Positions 39,140 to 48,569 of a stretch of DNA of 64,000 nt are shown piece by piece. The notes under the pieces were generated by a model, which made no database searches, was not told the DNA's origin, and saw only the letters and a program-made list of their open reading frames with translations. Position 1 is the stretch's first letter. Each line of letters begins with the position of its first letter. This DNA is from an uncultured Verrucomicrobiae bacterium (lineage in GTDB: Bacteria > Verrucomicrobiota > Verrucomicrobiia > Limisphaerales > JAFGQR01). The DNA lies in assembly GCA_963788655.1 (NCBI GenBank), contig CAWBHS010000060.1:224001-288000 (forward strand). The letters run 5' to 3'. The position numbers and the translations under genes are program-made.

Positions 39140-41761
39140 ATGAAAAGGCCCTTTGTTACCATCATACTCGCCGGCGGAAAAGGCTCCCGTATGGGGTCCA
39201 GCGATAAACACAAAGTCTGTTTCGAGGTGCTGGGCGTGCCGGTCATCATCCGCGCCATCGAAACTTACAATTTGTGCAGTTCCTTGTTGAACCTCGTGGT
39301 GGTGGGCATGAAAGCCGAGACGGTAATGGCAACCGTGAACGCCCGGTTTCCCGGCACCATCTATGCCTTGCAGGAACAACCGCGCGGTACCGGTGACGCC
39401 GCCCGCCGCGGCGCCGAAATGCTCGAACGCCTCGGCTATGACGGCGAGGTGCTGGTGGTGGCCGGGGACAAAGTCATCGAACCGGGAGTCATTCGCCGGT
39501 TGCTCGCCACGCACCGCAAAACCGGCGCCGATGTCACCCTCGCCACCGCCAAACGGCCGCCGCATTCCAGCACCGGCATTCTGCTGAAATCGCCGCGTGG
39601 GAATATCGTGGGCATCCTCGAAGAAGCTGAACGGCAGCGATTGTTGGCCTTGGCTGAACTCGACCAGGTATTCCAAACAAAGACCAAGCTGTCCCCCGCT
39701 CTCGTTCGTTCGATCGTCGCCCGAAACTGCACCGCCAAAATGGCGACCGCCCTGCTGCTCCGATTGCTTCCGGACGGCGAATCCGTAGCCCCGTTGACGC
39801 GCGCTCAGTTCGAGCAATGCTTTACTCCGGAGGAACGCCGCGGTCGGTTGAAGATTGGCCGTCTGGCCGTGCCCGCGCAGGAAATCCTGGAACGGTCCGA
39901 CCAGATGAACCTGTCCACGTATCTCTTCCGCGCGCCGGTCCTGTATGACGCCCTCCATCGATTAAAGCCCGCGCGCAACAACCAGGAAGAATACCTGACC
40001 GACGTGTTCGAAGTCCTGGCCCGCGGCCAACATCCGGCCCGCGTCGTTGGCTGTGAAATCCATGACCTGAACGACATTATGGCCTTCAACAATCCCCAGG
40101 AATTGTTGGCCATCGAGGAAGTCTATCGCACGAAGCAGGAACCGGTCGCGGTCCAGGCGTCGCCGACCGCCAGTCGAACATTGGCGCTCCCGCAGGCTTG
40201 GGCGAATCTCCTCGCAGCCCCCGGAACCACCGCCCGCCGTCAATTTCGCCATTGGTATGGTGAGGACGTGCCGGCGGCCTCCGTGCAGGCCGTGCTGGAC
40301 GCTTTCATCCGGCGGCATGGTTCCGATCGGCCGGTGGCCATCATCCGGTCGCCCGGTCGGATCAATTTGCTGGGCCGACACATTGATCATCAAGGCGGCA
40401 CGGTCAACGTGATGGCCATCAACCGGGAAATCTTCATGGTGGCCGCGCCGCGCTCGGATGACCGCGTTACGCTGGCCAACACGAATGAATCGCAGTTCGC
40501 CGGTCAGGAATTCCGCATCTCGGACCTCGTCGCCAGTCTGGACTGGGACGATTGGCAGCACGTGATCGACGGGCCGCGCATCCAACGAATGCTCGAAGCG
40601 GCGCGCGGCGATTGGGCCAATTACATCAAGGCGGCCATCCTGCGTTTGCAGGAATTGTTTCGTGACCGCCGGCTGCGTGGCTTGGACCTCATGGTAGGCG
40701 GCGACATTCCGATGGGCGCGGGTTTGAGTTCTTCGTCGGCGCTGGTCGTGGCCACGGCGGAAGCAATCACTGCCTTTAACCAGTTGGCGGTCAGCGCGCG
40801 CCGGTTGGTCAGCTTGTGCGGGGAAGGCGAATGGTTCGTCGGCACCCGCGGCGGCGCGGCGGATCACGCGGCCATCAAACTGTCCCGGCGCGGTTACGTG
40901 ACGCGCGTGGGCTTTTTCCCGTTCCAAATCGAAGACTCGGCGCCCTTCCTACCGGAGCACGACTTGGTGGTGTGTAATTCCGGCGTCTATGCAGGCAAGT
41001 CGCACCAGGCGCGAAACACGTTTAATGAAAAGGTCACCGCGTATCACCTGGGTCGGATTTGGGCAAAAATGCTGCGGCCCGACCTGGCGCCACGCCTCCA
41101 GCAGTTGCGCGACCTCAATCCGGAGCATCTCCGGATGAACCGGGCGTCCTTCGGCCAGTTATTAACCCAATTGCCCGCTCGTCTGAGCCGCACCAAAGTG
41201 CAGGCCGCGTTCGCTCAAATGGCCGCCGCAGACCGCGCCCAAATCGAACGCCTGCTCGGCAGTCATGATGCGCCGGTGAATGGTTATGCCGTGCGGGACG
41301 TGGTCCTGTTCGGCCTTTCGGAAATGGCCCGCGCCCGGCGTTGCCTCGCATTGCTCAAAGCCGGACAGGCGCGGGAACTGGGCCGGCTGATGAACATTTC
41401 GCACGACGGTGACCGTGTTTCTCGAACCGCGCTCGCCACCAAATCGCAGAAGAAGAAAACGTCCGCGGCAGATCGAGTGTTGCTCGACTGGGCCCGCAAA
41501 CGTGGTCGGCAAAGCAGCCTGACAGATCTCTCCGGCGCTTACGGTTGCAGTTTGCCGGCCATCGATGAGATGGTTGACTTCGCTCTTCAGCTTCCTGGAG
41601 TTGAAGGCGCCCAACTGGCTGGGGCTGGACTCGGGGGCTGCGTCATGGCATTGGTGCAACGAGCGCACACGACGGAAGTCTTGCAAGCGTTGGGCCAACA
41701 AGGAATCCGGGCGGAAGTGTTTCGCCCCATTGCCGGCGCGAGCAGCTTGGCGATGGGGTAA
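39140..41761 (+). CDS. Fusion of a GlmU-like sugar-1-phosphate nucleotidyltransferase and a GHMP (galactokinase-family) sugar kinase
   Basis: N-terminal motifs ILAGGKGSRM..K, QEQPRGTGDA and NNQEEYLTD. C-terminal motifs PGRINLLGRHIDH, DIPMGAGLSSSSA, LGRLMNISH and GAGLGGCV. It is a single uninterrupted ORF. Confidence 0.88.
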   Translation: MKRPFVTIILAGGKGSRMGSSDKHKVCFEVLGVPVIIRAIETYNLCSSLLNLVVVGMKAETVMATVNARFPGTIYALQEQPRGTGDAARRGAEMLERLGYDGEVLVVAGDKVIEPGVIRRLLATHRKTGADVTLATAKRPPHSSTGILLKSPRGNIVGILEEAERQRLLALAELDQVFQTKTKLSPALVRSIVARNCTAKMATALLLRLLPDGESVAPLTRAQFEQCFTPEERRGRLKIGRLAVPAQEILERSDQMNLSTYLFRAPVLYDALHRLKPARNNQEEYLTDVFEVLARGQHPARVVGCEIHDLNDIMAFNNPQELLAIEEVYRTKQEPVAVQASPTASRTLALPQAWANLLAAPGTTARRQFRHWYGEDVPAASVQAVLDAFIRRHGSDRPVAIIRSPGRINLLGRHIDHQGGTVNVMAINREIFMVAAPRSDDRVTLANTNESQFAGQEFRISDLVASLDWDDWQHVIDGPRIQRMLEAARGDWANYIKAAILRLQELFRDRRLRGLDLMVGGDIPMGAGLSSSSALVVATAEAITAFNQLAVSARRLVSLCGEGEWFVGTRGGAADHAAIKLSRRGYVTRVGFFPFQIEDSAPFLPEHDLVVCNSGVYAGKSHQARNTFNEKVTAYHLGRIWAKMLRPDLAPRLQQLRDLNPEHLRMNRASFGQLLTQLPARLSRTKVQAAFAQMAAADRAQIERLLGSHDAPVNGYAVRDVVLFGLSEMARARRCLALLKAGQARELGRLMNISHDGDRVSRTALATKSQKKKTSAADRVLLDWARKRGRQSSLTDLSGAYGCSLPAIDEMVDFALQLPGVEGAQLAGAGLGGCVMALVQRAHTTEVLQALGQQGIRAEVFRPIAGASSLAMG

Positions 41762-41845
41762 GGCAACGGCGGCATACCGTGCGATCCGTGCGGCGGTGCC
41801 GAGCGCTAAAAGTGCGGCCGAACTTCTGTGAGCCTTCGCCGGCTG

Positions 41846-42014
41846 TTCCCTCTCCCTGAGGGAGAGGGTTAGGGTGAGGGAGAACGAGGCGTTCAAACTA
41901 CGCAGACGGTTCGCACTGGACGTTTTTCGCCCACTATCATTTTCAAGCGTTGCAGGTTGCAGCACGGTGCCTTCCCCCTCACCCCGGCCCTCTTCCCTTG
42001 GGGAGAAGGAGAAC
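41846..42014. repeat. Inverted pair of CCCTCTCCC-N-GGGAGAGGG..AGGGTGAGGG palindromic repeats
   Basis: TTCCCTCTCCCTGAGGGAGAGGGTTAGGGTGAGGG at 41846-41880 has its inverted partner CCCTCACCCCGGCCCTCTTCCCTTGGGGAGAAGG at about 41976-42009. It lies between convergent genes. Confidence 0.8.
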
Positions 42015-42092
42015 GTTCGACCGGGGTGGGGTGAGTCGAAAGCCCTGAAAGCGTTTGGGGCGGTACCGCGCGCGCCCACCACCGCCACCACA

Positions 42093-43406
42093 TCACGCCG
42101 CGCGCTGGCCGGCATCATCCTGGTCTTTCGTCTGGCAGCCGCAACGCTCACGCCATGACGATAGTCTGCCCAGCAATCCCAGCCGCTGCAGATAGGCGAC
42201 GTCCAATTGAAAGAGATTCGTGCCCGCTTTGCCTGCCCTTCGCTCGTAATCAAGCACGTTGGCCACGTGAACCGCGGTCAACAGGGAAAACGCGCGGTCG
42301 CCAGACTTGACCGGGCAATGGTGCAAGGCGATGGCTTCGAGAATCGGCAGGGGCAAGCCCCACGTGCCCAACAGACAAGCGCCCACTTCGGCGTGGCTGG
42401 CCCCAAAGATCTCCATCTCGACGTCGCGAATCGAAATCTCCCGCTGTGCCGCCTGCCGCAACAAGGTGCTGTACTGCGTCGGAATGTTGGCCGCCAGCAG
42501 CAACATGCCGACGTCGTGCAGCAAACCCGCGGTGAACGCCATTTCGCCCTGACGCGGGTCGTGGGTCTCGGCCATGGTGATGGCCATGCTGTGCGCTCCC
42601 GTGGCCATGCAGTGCATCCACAATTGCTCCAGTTTGAATTCGGGACACTTCGATTTGTCGAACTGCGTAAAGACGTGCGACAACAGGATCATCGACTTGA
42701 TCCGCTCGGCCCCTAAAAACATCACCGCTTCGGCGGTTTCGGTGATTTGTTGGGGCAACGCGAAAAAGGTCGAGTTGACCATGTGAAGAATTTTGGCGGT
42801 CATCACCGGATCTCGTGAAATCAACTTGGCCACGAATTCGAGCGATCCCTTCGGCGACTGCAATTCGCTCATCACCTGGGTGTAGAGCGTCGGCAACGCG
42901 GGCAATTGCGTCAACTGTTCCATCAGCCTCTTGACCGCGTCATTGGCCACCCATTCCTCCATCCGAAAGGCGCGGTTGACCACGGCTTGAAACGTCTTGC
43001 TATCGAAACCGCGCGGAATCACATAGGGCGGTCGCCCGAGACAACTCTTGAGCGGTTCTTGTTCCTCGGTGCCGCAGCCAACGAATCGCAACGTCTTTGG
43101 GCACCGCCGCGTTACGCGGTTCAGCAACTCCACGCCATTCATCTCCTCCATCTGCAATTCGGCAACGACCCCATCGAACGGCGCCTGATCCATCAGTTGC
43201 AAGGCCGCTGTGCCTCCCGCGGCAAATACCAATTCCCATTCGTCCCGATACGGCGCCAACACCTTCTCGGCTTGCTGCAACCGGTTGGCATTGTCATCAA
43301 CATACAGAATCCGACGGCGCGGCAGCACCGGGACAACCGACGCCGCTTTGCTGCGTTCGGCATCAGGCCCCGCGGCGCGTTTGGGTACTTCGTTGCGACG
43401 GCCCAC
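42093..43406 (-). CDS. Receiver + HDOD domain protein (atypical receiver)
   Basis: Receiver ILYVDD...VVAELQME and HDOD motifs DPVMTAKILHMVNS, AGLLHDVG and HAEVGACLLGTWGLP. Confidence 0.9.
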   Translation of the reverse strand: MGRRNEVPKRAAGPDAERSKAASVVPVLPRRRILYVDDNANRLQQAEKVLAPYRDEWELVFAAGGTAALQLMDQAPFDGVVAELQMEEMNGVELLNRVTRRCPKTLRFVGCGTEEQEPLKSCLGRPPYVIPRGFDSKTFQAVVNRAFRMEEWVANDAVKRLMEQLTQLPALPTLYTQVMSELQSPKGSLEFVAKLISRDPVMTAKILHMVNSTFFALPQQITETAEAVMFLGAERIKSMILLSHVFTQFDKSKCPEFKLEQLWMHCMATGAHSMAITMAETHDPRQGEMAFTAGLLHDVGMLLLAANIPTQYSTLLRQAAQREISIRDVEMEIFGASHAEVGACLLGTWGLPLPILEAIALHHCPVKSGDRAFSLLTAVHVANVLDYERRAGKAGTNLFQLDVAYLQRLGLLGRLSSWRERCGCQTKDQDDAGQRAA

Positions 43407-43515
43407 CAGCGGAGGGCAATGCTGACGCGACGGTCTCAGCCGTGGTATCGCTGGACCGGTTGAATGAAACCGTATGTTTCAGTTTTTCGAACAAACCCAT
43501 AAGCCAATGCACGTG

Positions 43516-44709
43516 TTAGGCGGCCAACGCGGTCGTGGTTACTTTCCGCCAGACCTCCACCCGTTCATCAAAACCGAGCGCTGCAATGTAATCCATATCG
43601 ATCACATCCTTGGCTTCCGGCGGGAGGGAATCGTCGCACTCGTGTTCCAGGGCGTTGGCGGCATGAAGCGCGGTCACCAGCGTAAATTCCTTTTTCGGAT
43701 GCTCCGCCGGCCGATGATGGAATCCCACGCCGTCCACGACCGCCGCCGGTAATCCCCACAAGCCAAGCAAATACGCGCCCACTTCCGCGTGCGTCGCGCC
43801 CAGGAACTGTTTTTCGACCCGCCATAATGGTTGGGGTTGGGCCACCCAGTTTTCAAGAACCCGGCGGTAGTCCTCCGTCAAGCCGGACGCCAACACCAAC
43901 TTGCCCAGATCGTGCAAGAGGCCGGCGGTAAACACTTCGTCGCCGAGATGCGCGCGGTTTTCCGCATTCACGATTTGCCGGGCCAGCATCCCCACGTGCC
44001 AGGAATGTTGCCACAAGTGTTCGAGCGACAGGCCGGGCAAGGCCACCGGGGTGAACTGGCTGAAAGCTTGCACGCCCAGCACGAGGTTCTTCACGGTGCC
44101 GATGCCCAAATAGAAAATCGCCTCGCTGGGATTGTTCACCGGTTGGCGCAAGGCAAAGTAGGCCGAGTTAATCAATTGCAGCACCTTGGCCGTCAACCCC
44201 AAATCCCGCGAAATCAAGGAGGCCAGCTTGGGAATCGAGGGTTCCTCCTGCCGCAGTTCCTGCACCATCTCGAGGTAAATACCCGGCGCACTGGGAAGCG
44301 CCTGCAATTGGGACACCACCTGTTTGAGCCGGGGATCCAACGTTTGCCGGGAAGCCAATGCGCGTTCAATGGCTTCACGCAAGGCCAGGGCCGCACAGGG
44401 TTTAGAAATCAACTGGTGAGCCACCCCCGCCAGGCTGCGGCTGGCTTCGGCGTCGTCGCCCTCGGCCATGGCAATCCGCACCGCCTGCGGGAATTTCCGC
44501 ATGATCCAAGTCAGCAACTGCGCCCCGTCCATGCCGGGCATGGCCACGTCGGCCACGACCACGTCGAACGGCGTCTTGAACATCCGTTCCAGCGCCCGCG
44601 GGCCATTATTCAGGAACTCCATTTCATACTGGCCTTGCATCGGACGCAGAGCCTCCTGAAGCTGCTCGAGCGCCGCGGGTTCGTCATCTACCAATAGAAT
44701 TCGTTTCAT
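43516..44709 (-). CDS. Receiver + HDOD domain response regulator
   Basis: Canonical receiver ILLVDD...VVADVAMPGMDG...KP and HDOD motifs AKVLQLINSA, AGLLHDLGK and HAEVGAYLLGLWGLP. Confidence 0.92.
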   Translation of the reverse strand: MKRILLVDDEPAALEQLQEALRPMQGQYEMEFLNNGPRALERMFKTPFDVVVADVAMPGMDGAQLLTWIMRKFPQAVRIAMAEGDDAEASRSLAGVAHQLISKPCAALALREAIERALASRQTLDPRLKQVVSQLQALPSAPGIYLEMVQELRQEEPSIPKLASLISRDLGLTAKVLQLINSAYFALRQPVNNPSEAIFYLGIGTVKNLVLGVQAFSQFTPVALPGLSLEHLWQHSWHVGMLARQIVNAENRAHLGDEVFTAGLLHDLGKLVLASGLTEDYRRVLENWVAQPQPLWRVEKQFLGATHAEVGAYLLGLWGLPAAVVDGVGFHHRPAEHPKKEFTLVTALHAANALEHECDDSLPPEAKDVIDMDYIAALGFDERVEVWRKVTTTALAA

Positions 44710-45057
44710 TCCATCTGCACGGGCTGCTGACGCAACGGAAACTCGCTTCGACTCAGAAAACGGTTTCGTTGATCGGTGCCGTCACCAACGGAAACTGCGC
44801 GGCTCCACCCGGAGCTGGCCCAGACCATCCGCCTCCGGTCAACCCGCCCCTGCCGCCGGGCAATCTCTGCCCAGTTGTCCGGAATGACAGGGAGTCTTCA
44901 CCACGCCAAATCACGCGGTTTCTCGCCTGCCCGCCTGCCGGTTATGACTTTAGCAGGGCGTGTTCCACCAGTCGGACGCCGCTCCGAATATATCAAATTG
45001 GAACATTGGCTGTAAGAAAACCGGTTTGCCGGTCACTATTTCTCAAAACGAACTCAA

Positions 45058-45582
45058 ATGGGCGCATCCGAACACGAATCCATCTTTCGCCGCTGGCTGG
45101 CCGACCACGCCGGTTTGATGTGGAAGGTGGTGCGGGCGTTCGCCGCCGGGCCGGAAGATCAGGAAGATCTGTTGCAGGAAATCGCGCTGCAACTGTGGAT
45201 GTCGTTGCCCGCCTTTCGCGGCGAGGCGAAGGAGAGCACGTGGATTTATCGCGTCGCGTTCAATACCGCGCTCGTTTGGAGGCGCACCGAAACGCGGCGG
45301 CAGGCAAAGCATGAGAAATTCCTGGAATTCAAGGTCGCCGAGGAAAGCCCATCCGATCGGCCTGGGAAGACTCGCGATGAGGAAAGGGTGCAGATGCTCT
45401 ATGCCGCCATTCGCCGGTTGCCCAGATTGGACGCCTCGCTGGCGTTGATGCACCTCGACGGCCTGAGTTACCGCGAGATGAGCGAGGTGCTGGGCATTTC
45501 GGAAAATCACGTCGGCGTGAAGTTGAACCGCATCCGCAATCAACTGGCCGAACAATTGAAGGAAGCGTGTCATGAAGCTTGA
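45058..45582 (+). CDS. ECF-type sigma-70 factor
   Basis: Region 2 EDLLQEI...STWIYRVAFNTA and region 4 GLSYREMSEVLGISENHVGVKLNR. Confidence 0.92.
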   Translation: MGASEHESIFRRWLADHAGLMWKVVRAFAAGPEDQEDLLQEIALQLWMSLPAFRGEAKESTWIYRVAFNTALVWRRTETRRQAKHEKFLEFKVAEESPSDRPGKTRDEERVQMLYAAIRRLPRLDASLALMHLDGLSYREMSEVLGISENHVGVKLNRIRNQLAEQLKEACHEA

Positions 45583-47089
45583 CGATTTTCAAAAGTCCTG
45601 GCAGTCGCAGGACGCCGCAAAAGAGATTTCCATCAACGCCGACGTGCTGCTGAACGAGGTCCGCCGGAATCAGCAGCAATTCCGCCGGACGATCTTCTGG
45701 CGCGACGTGCGCGAGGTCGGCGTGGCGATGCTGCTGGTGCCGGTGTTCATCTACAGCGGTTGGAAGACTCATTGGACGCTATACCTGAGCGCCTTTGCCT
45801 GCTTCGTGGTCGGCGCGTTCCTGGTGCTTGACCGCCGTCGGCAAAAGAAAATGACACCGGACCTGCACGGTTCGCTGAAGGATTGCGCGACCACGTCGCT
45901 GGCGGAAGTCAGCCACCAAATCTGGTTGTTGAAGAATATTCTGTGGTGGTATCTGCTGCCGCCGTTCGTGCCGATGCTTTTGTTCTTCGGCTGGTGCGCG
46001 TGGAGCCCGTCAGGAGCTGTTGTGGCCGGGATTCTTCAGTTCCTGTTTCTGGTTGGCATTGTCCTGCTCATCAATGTGTTCGTTTACTGGCTCAACCAGT
46101 CCGCCGTGAAGAAGTGCCTGGAGCCGCGCCGGCGGGAATTGGAAGCGCTGCTTCATTGGGCCGAAACCGGCGAGCCGCTGGACGAAACGCACGTCGCCAA
46201 ACTACGCTCAATGGCTCTCTCAATAGCGGCCGCCGACCAGGTTAAACCTGTCGAATTCAAGGTCGCGTTCGGGCAGATTGCCTTTTTCGGCATGCCTGGA
46301 ATTGTTGGGATTTGGTTCTTTTTGATGCTCGGCCTGACCATGAGCAATCAAGACTGGAAGACCAAGGAGCCGGCCCGTGAGACGATCGCGCCTACCTTTC
46401 ACGTTGAAGAAACCAACCGCTACTCCGTCGTTGCTCGAACGGTTGTTGGTCAGCTCAACGCAGGCGATTACGCCGCTGTGCAAAAGCTGTTCACCCCGGA
46501 GATGAGCAACGCTTTGCCGCCGGAGACAGCATCCGATTTTTTCACCGGGCTCGCCACGGGATTCGGTCACATCGAAACGGTTGAAGGCCCGACCGGCAAT
46601 GGCTACCGCGGGTGGACAGCGTTCCGCCTGGATTGCCAGCATGGTGAGTTGACGATGAGCCTGGCGCTTAACGCGGAAGATAGAATCGCCGGACTCTATT
46701 TCAAACCGGCGCACAGGCATTACGCGAATTTTAAATCGTTCATGCTCGAGCTTTTCAACTGGCGGCATCTGCTTTGGCTTCCGCCTTTCGTCATGGCCGG
46801 CTTGTTATATTCCTGGCTGCTGCAGAAATTAACCAAGCGAGCCGTGGGGATCAGCGCTCTGGGGATTCATTTGTCGAAAGGGCTGAACCTTATTCTCTGG
46901 GATGAAATACAAGAAGTTCGGCCACTTAGGTTTTTGCACGTTCGAAATCTCTGGCTGACCAGCGAATCAGGCGAAAAGACGCTCATGCACTGGACGCCCT
47001 TGGAACGACATGCTGACCTGAAGGCGGCGGTGGAACGCTGTGCCCCGGCAAACCATCCGATCCGTAAATATCTCTCTCTGTTGACATGA
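45572..47089 (+). CDS. Probable multi-TM anti-sigma factor with an extracytoplasmic DUF3887-like domain
   Basis: It overlaps the sigma stop codon. It has the N-terminus MKLDDFQKSWQ, several TM helices, and the segment LNAGDYAAVQKLFTPEMSNALP...IAGLYFKP. Confidence 0.65.
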   Translation: MKLDDFQKSWQSQDAAKEISINADVLLNEVRRNQQQFRRTIFWRDVREVGVAMLLVPVFIYSGWKTHWTLYLSAFACFVVGAFLVLDRRRQKKMTPDLHGSLKDCATTSLAEVSHQIWLLKNILWWYLLPPFVPMLLFFGWCAWSPSGAVVAGILQFLFLVGIVLLINVFVYWLNQSAVKKCLEPRRRELEALLHWAETGEPLDETHVAKLRSMALSIAAADQVKPVEFKVAFGQIAFFGMPGIVGIWFFLMLGLTMSNQDWKTKEPARETIAPTFHVEETNRYSVVARTVVGQLNAGDYAAVQKLFTPEMSNALPPETASDFFTGLATGFGHIETVEGPTGNGYRGWTAFRLDCQHGELTMSLALNAEDRIAGLYFKPAHRHYANFKSFMLELFNWRHLLWLPPFVMAGLLYSWLLQKLTKRAVGISALGIHLSKGLNLILWDEIQEVRPLRFLHVRNLWLTSESGEKTLMHWTPLERHADLKAAVERCAPANHPIRKYLSLLT

Positions 47090-47191
47090 ATCTGAACAGA
47101 ACAACCGCAAATCTGTAGCTGAACCGTGGAAGCAAGAACGGGTGGCTTTTCCCGGACACCGGGATCACGCCAACAACTCCTGAAACAGAAT

Positions 47192-48346
47192 ATGAACGAA
47201 AACAAACCACTCGGTCCGCTGCTGTTGGTGTCGGCGGCTTGCATCATTGCGGTCATTGCCCACGCCTCCAAGCAAACCAATTCGGCCGCAAACCTGATTC
47301 CGGCCACCGGCATCGCCGGCATCTGCCAGGCGCACAACGTGCCCGCGCTCGCAGTCGTGGTGACCAAGGACGGGCAGATTTGCGACCGGGCCGCCGCCGG
47401 TGTCCGCAAATGGGGCGACCCCACGCCGGTCACCACCAACGACGTGTTTCACCTCGGCTCATGCACCAAGTCCATGACGGCCACCCTCGCGGCGATGTTC
47501 ATCGAGCAGGGAAAACTGCGCTGGGACACGACCATCGGGGAAGTGTTCCCCGAACTAAAAGGCAAGATGGACCAGCGTTACGAAGCCGTGACGGTCGAGC
47601 AATTGCTGCATCATCGCGGCGGCGTGCCGCACCATTCGCCGCCCGCTGCCTGGAAACGTGCCTGGCAAGAACTAGGCACGCCCACGGAACAACGGCGCGA
47701 ATTCATTGAATCCGTCTTGAGCGCGCCGCCCGAAGCCGAGCCGGGCACGAAGAAGATTTATTCCAACGACGGATACGTCATCGTGGGCGTGATGCTGGAA
47801 AATATTTCCGGTGGGGATTTTGAATCACTGCTGACGGAAAAACTGTTCAAGCCGCTGCAGATGAACACCGCCGGTTTCGGCCCGCCGGGCACGATAGGCC
47901 AAGTGGACCAGCCGTGGGGCCACGTTCACCAGGTGTTCGCGACGGTGCCGATGCAGTTGGACAATCCGCCCGTGCATTCCCCATCTGGCCGCGTGCATTG
48001 TTCGCTTGCTGACCTCGCGCGCTACGCCATGTTCCACCTGCAGCCCGGAACGAACGCGCTGCTGAAACCGGCGATGCTGACAAAACTGCACGCCTCGCCG
48101 GAAGGCGTGGAAATCAAGAATGTCATGGACGACTACGCCTGTGGCTGGGTGCGCTTGAAACGCGACTGGGCGGGCGGCACGGTGTTATGGCACAACGGCT
48201 CGAATACGATGTGGTATATCGTGATGTGGCTCGCCCCGGAGAAAAACTTCTCGGTCATCGCGGTGACCAACGTCGCCGGCAAGGACGCACAAAAAGCCTG
48301 TGACGATGCGTGCGTGGCGATGATCAGGAAATGGCTGCCGAAATAG
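47192..48346 (+). CDS. Serine hydrolase, beta-lactamase/class C-like family
   Basis: Signal peptide, FHLGSCTK (SxxK), LLHHRGG, YSN and LWHNGS. Confidence 0.9.
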   Translation: MNENKPLGPLLLVSAACIIAVIAHASKQTNSAANLIPATGIAGICQAHNVPALAVVVTKDGQICDRAAAGVRKWGDPTPVTTNDVFHLGSCTKSMTATLAAMFIEQGKLRWDTTIGEVFPELKGKMDQRYEAVTVEQLLHHRGGVPHHSPPAAWKRAWQELGTPTEQRREFIESVLSAPPEAEPGTKKIYSNDGYVIVGVMLENISGGDFESLLTEKLFKPLQMNTAGFGPPGTIGQVDQPWGHVHQVFATVPMQLDNPPVHSPSGRVHCSLADLARYAMFHLQPGTNALLKPAMLTKLHASPEGVEIKNVMDDYACGWVRLKRDWAGGTVLWHNGSNTMWYIVMWLAPEKNFSVIAVTNVAGKDAQKACDDACVAMIRKWLPK

Positions 48347-48395
48347 CGGCCCGCGCGCGGGCAATGCCGTTCCGCCCTAACGATTCAGTCAAAAA

Positions 48396-48526
48396 GGGGA
48401 GTGCGCGCACCCCGGGCGCCGGGGTTGGCGCCTCGCCAACCACATTTCACTTTTCAGTGACTGCTCAGTCGCGAGGCCAACCGGCGAGGGCACCGGTTGG
48501 CAACGCCCGAGGCGGGCGCGCTCCCC
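48396..48526. repeat. REP-like inverted doublet between convergent genes
   Basis: GGGGAGTGCGCGCACCCCGGGCG is an imperfect inverted repeat of CGCCCGAGGCGGGCGCGCTCCCC. It contains the internal hairpin GGTTGGCG-CCT-CGCCAACC. Confidence 0.65.
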
Positions 48527-48569
48527 AAACCAAATAGCATCAATACGGCTTCAAGCCGTAAACTGGAGG

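Noticed and set aside
39140..40130. glmU
   Set aside because: It lacks the hexapeptide acetyltransferase domain and is fused to a GHMP kinase instead.
47192..48346. Bona fide AmpC beta-lactamase resistance gene
   Set aside because: The SxxK/YxN motifs are shared by many esterases and peptidases, and the third motif is HNG rather than KTG. Activity cannot be inferred.
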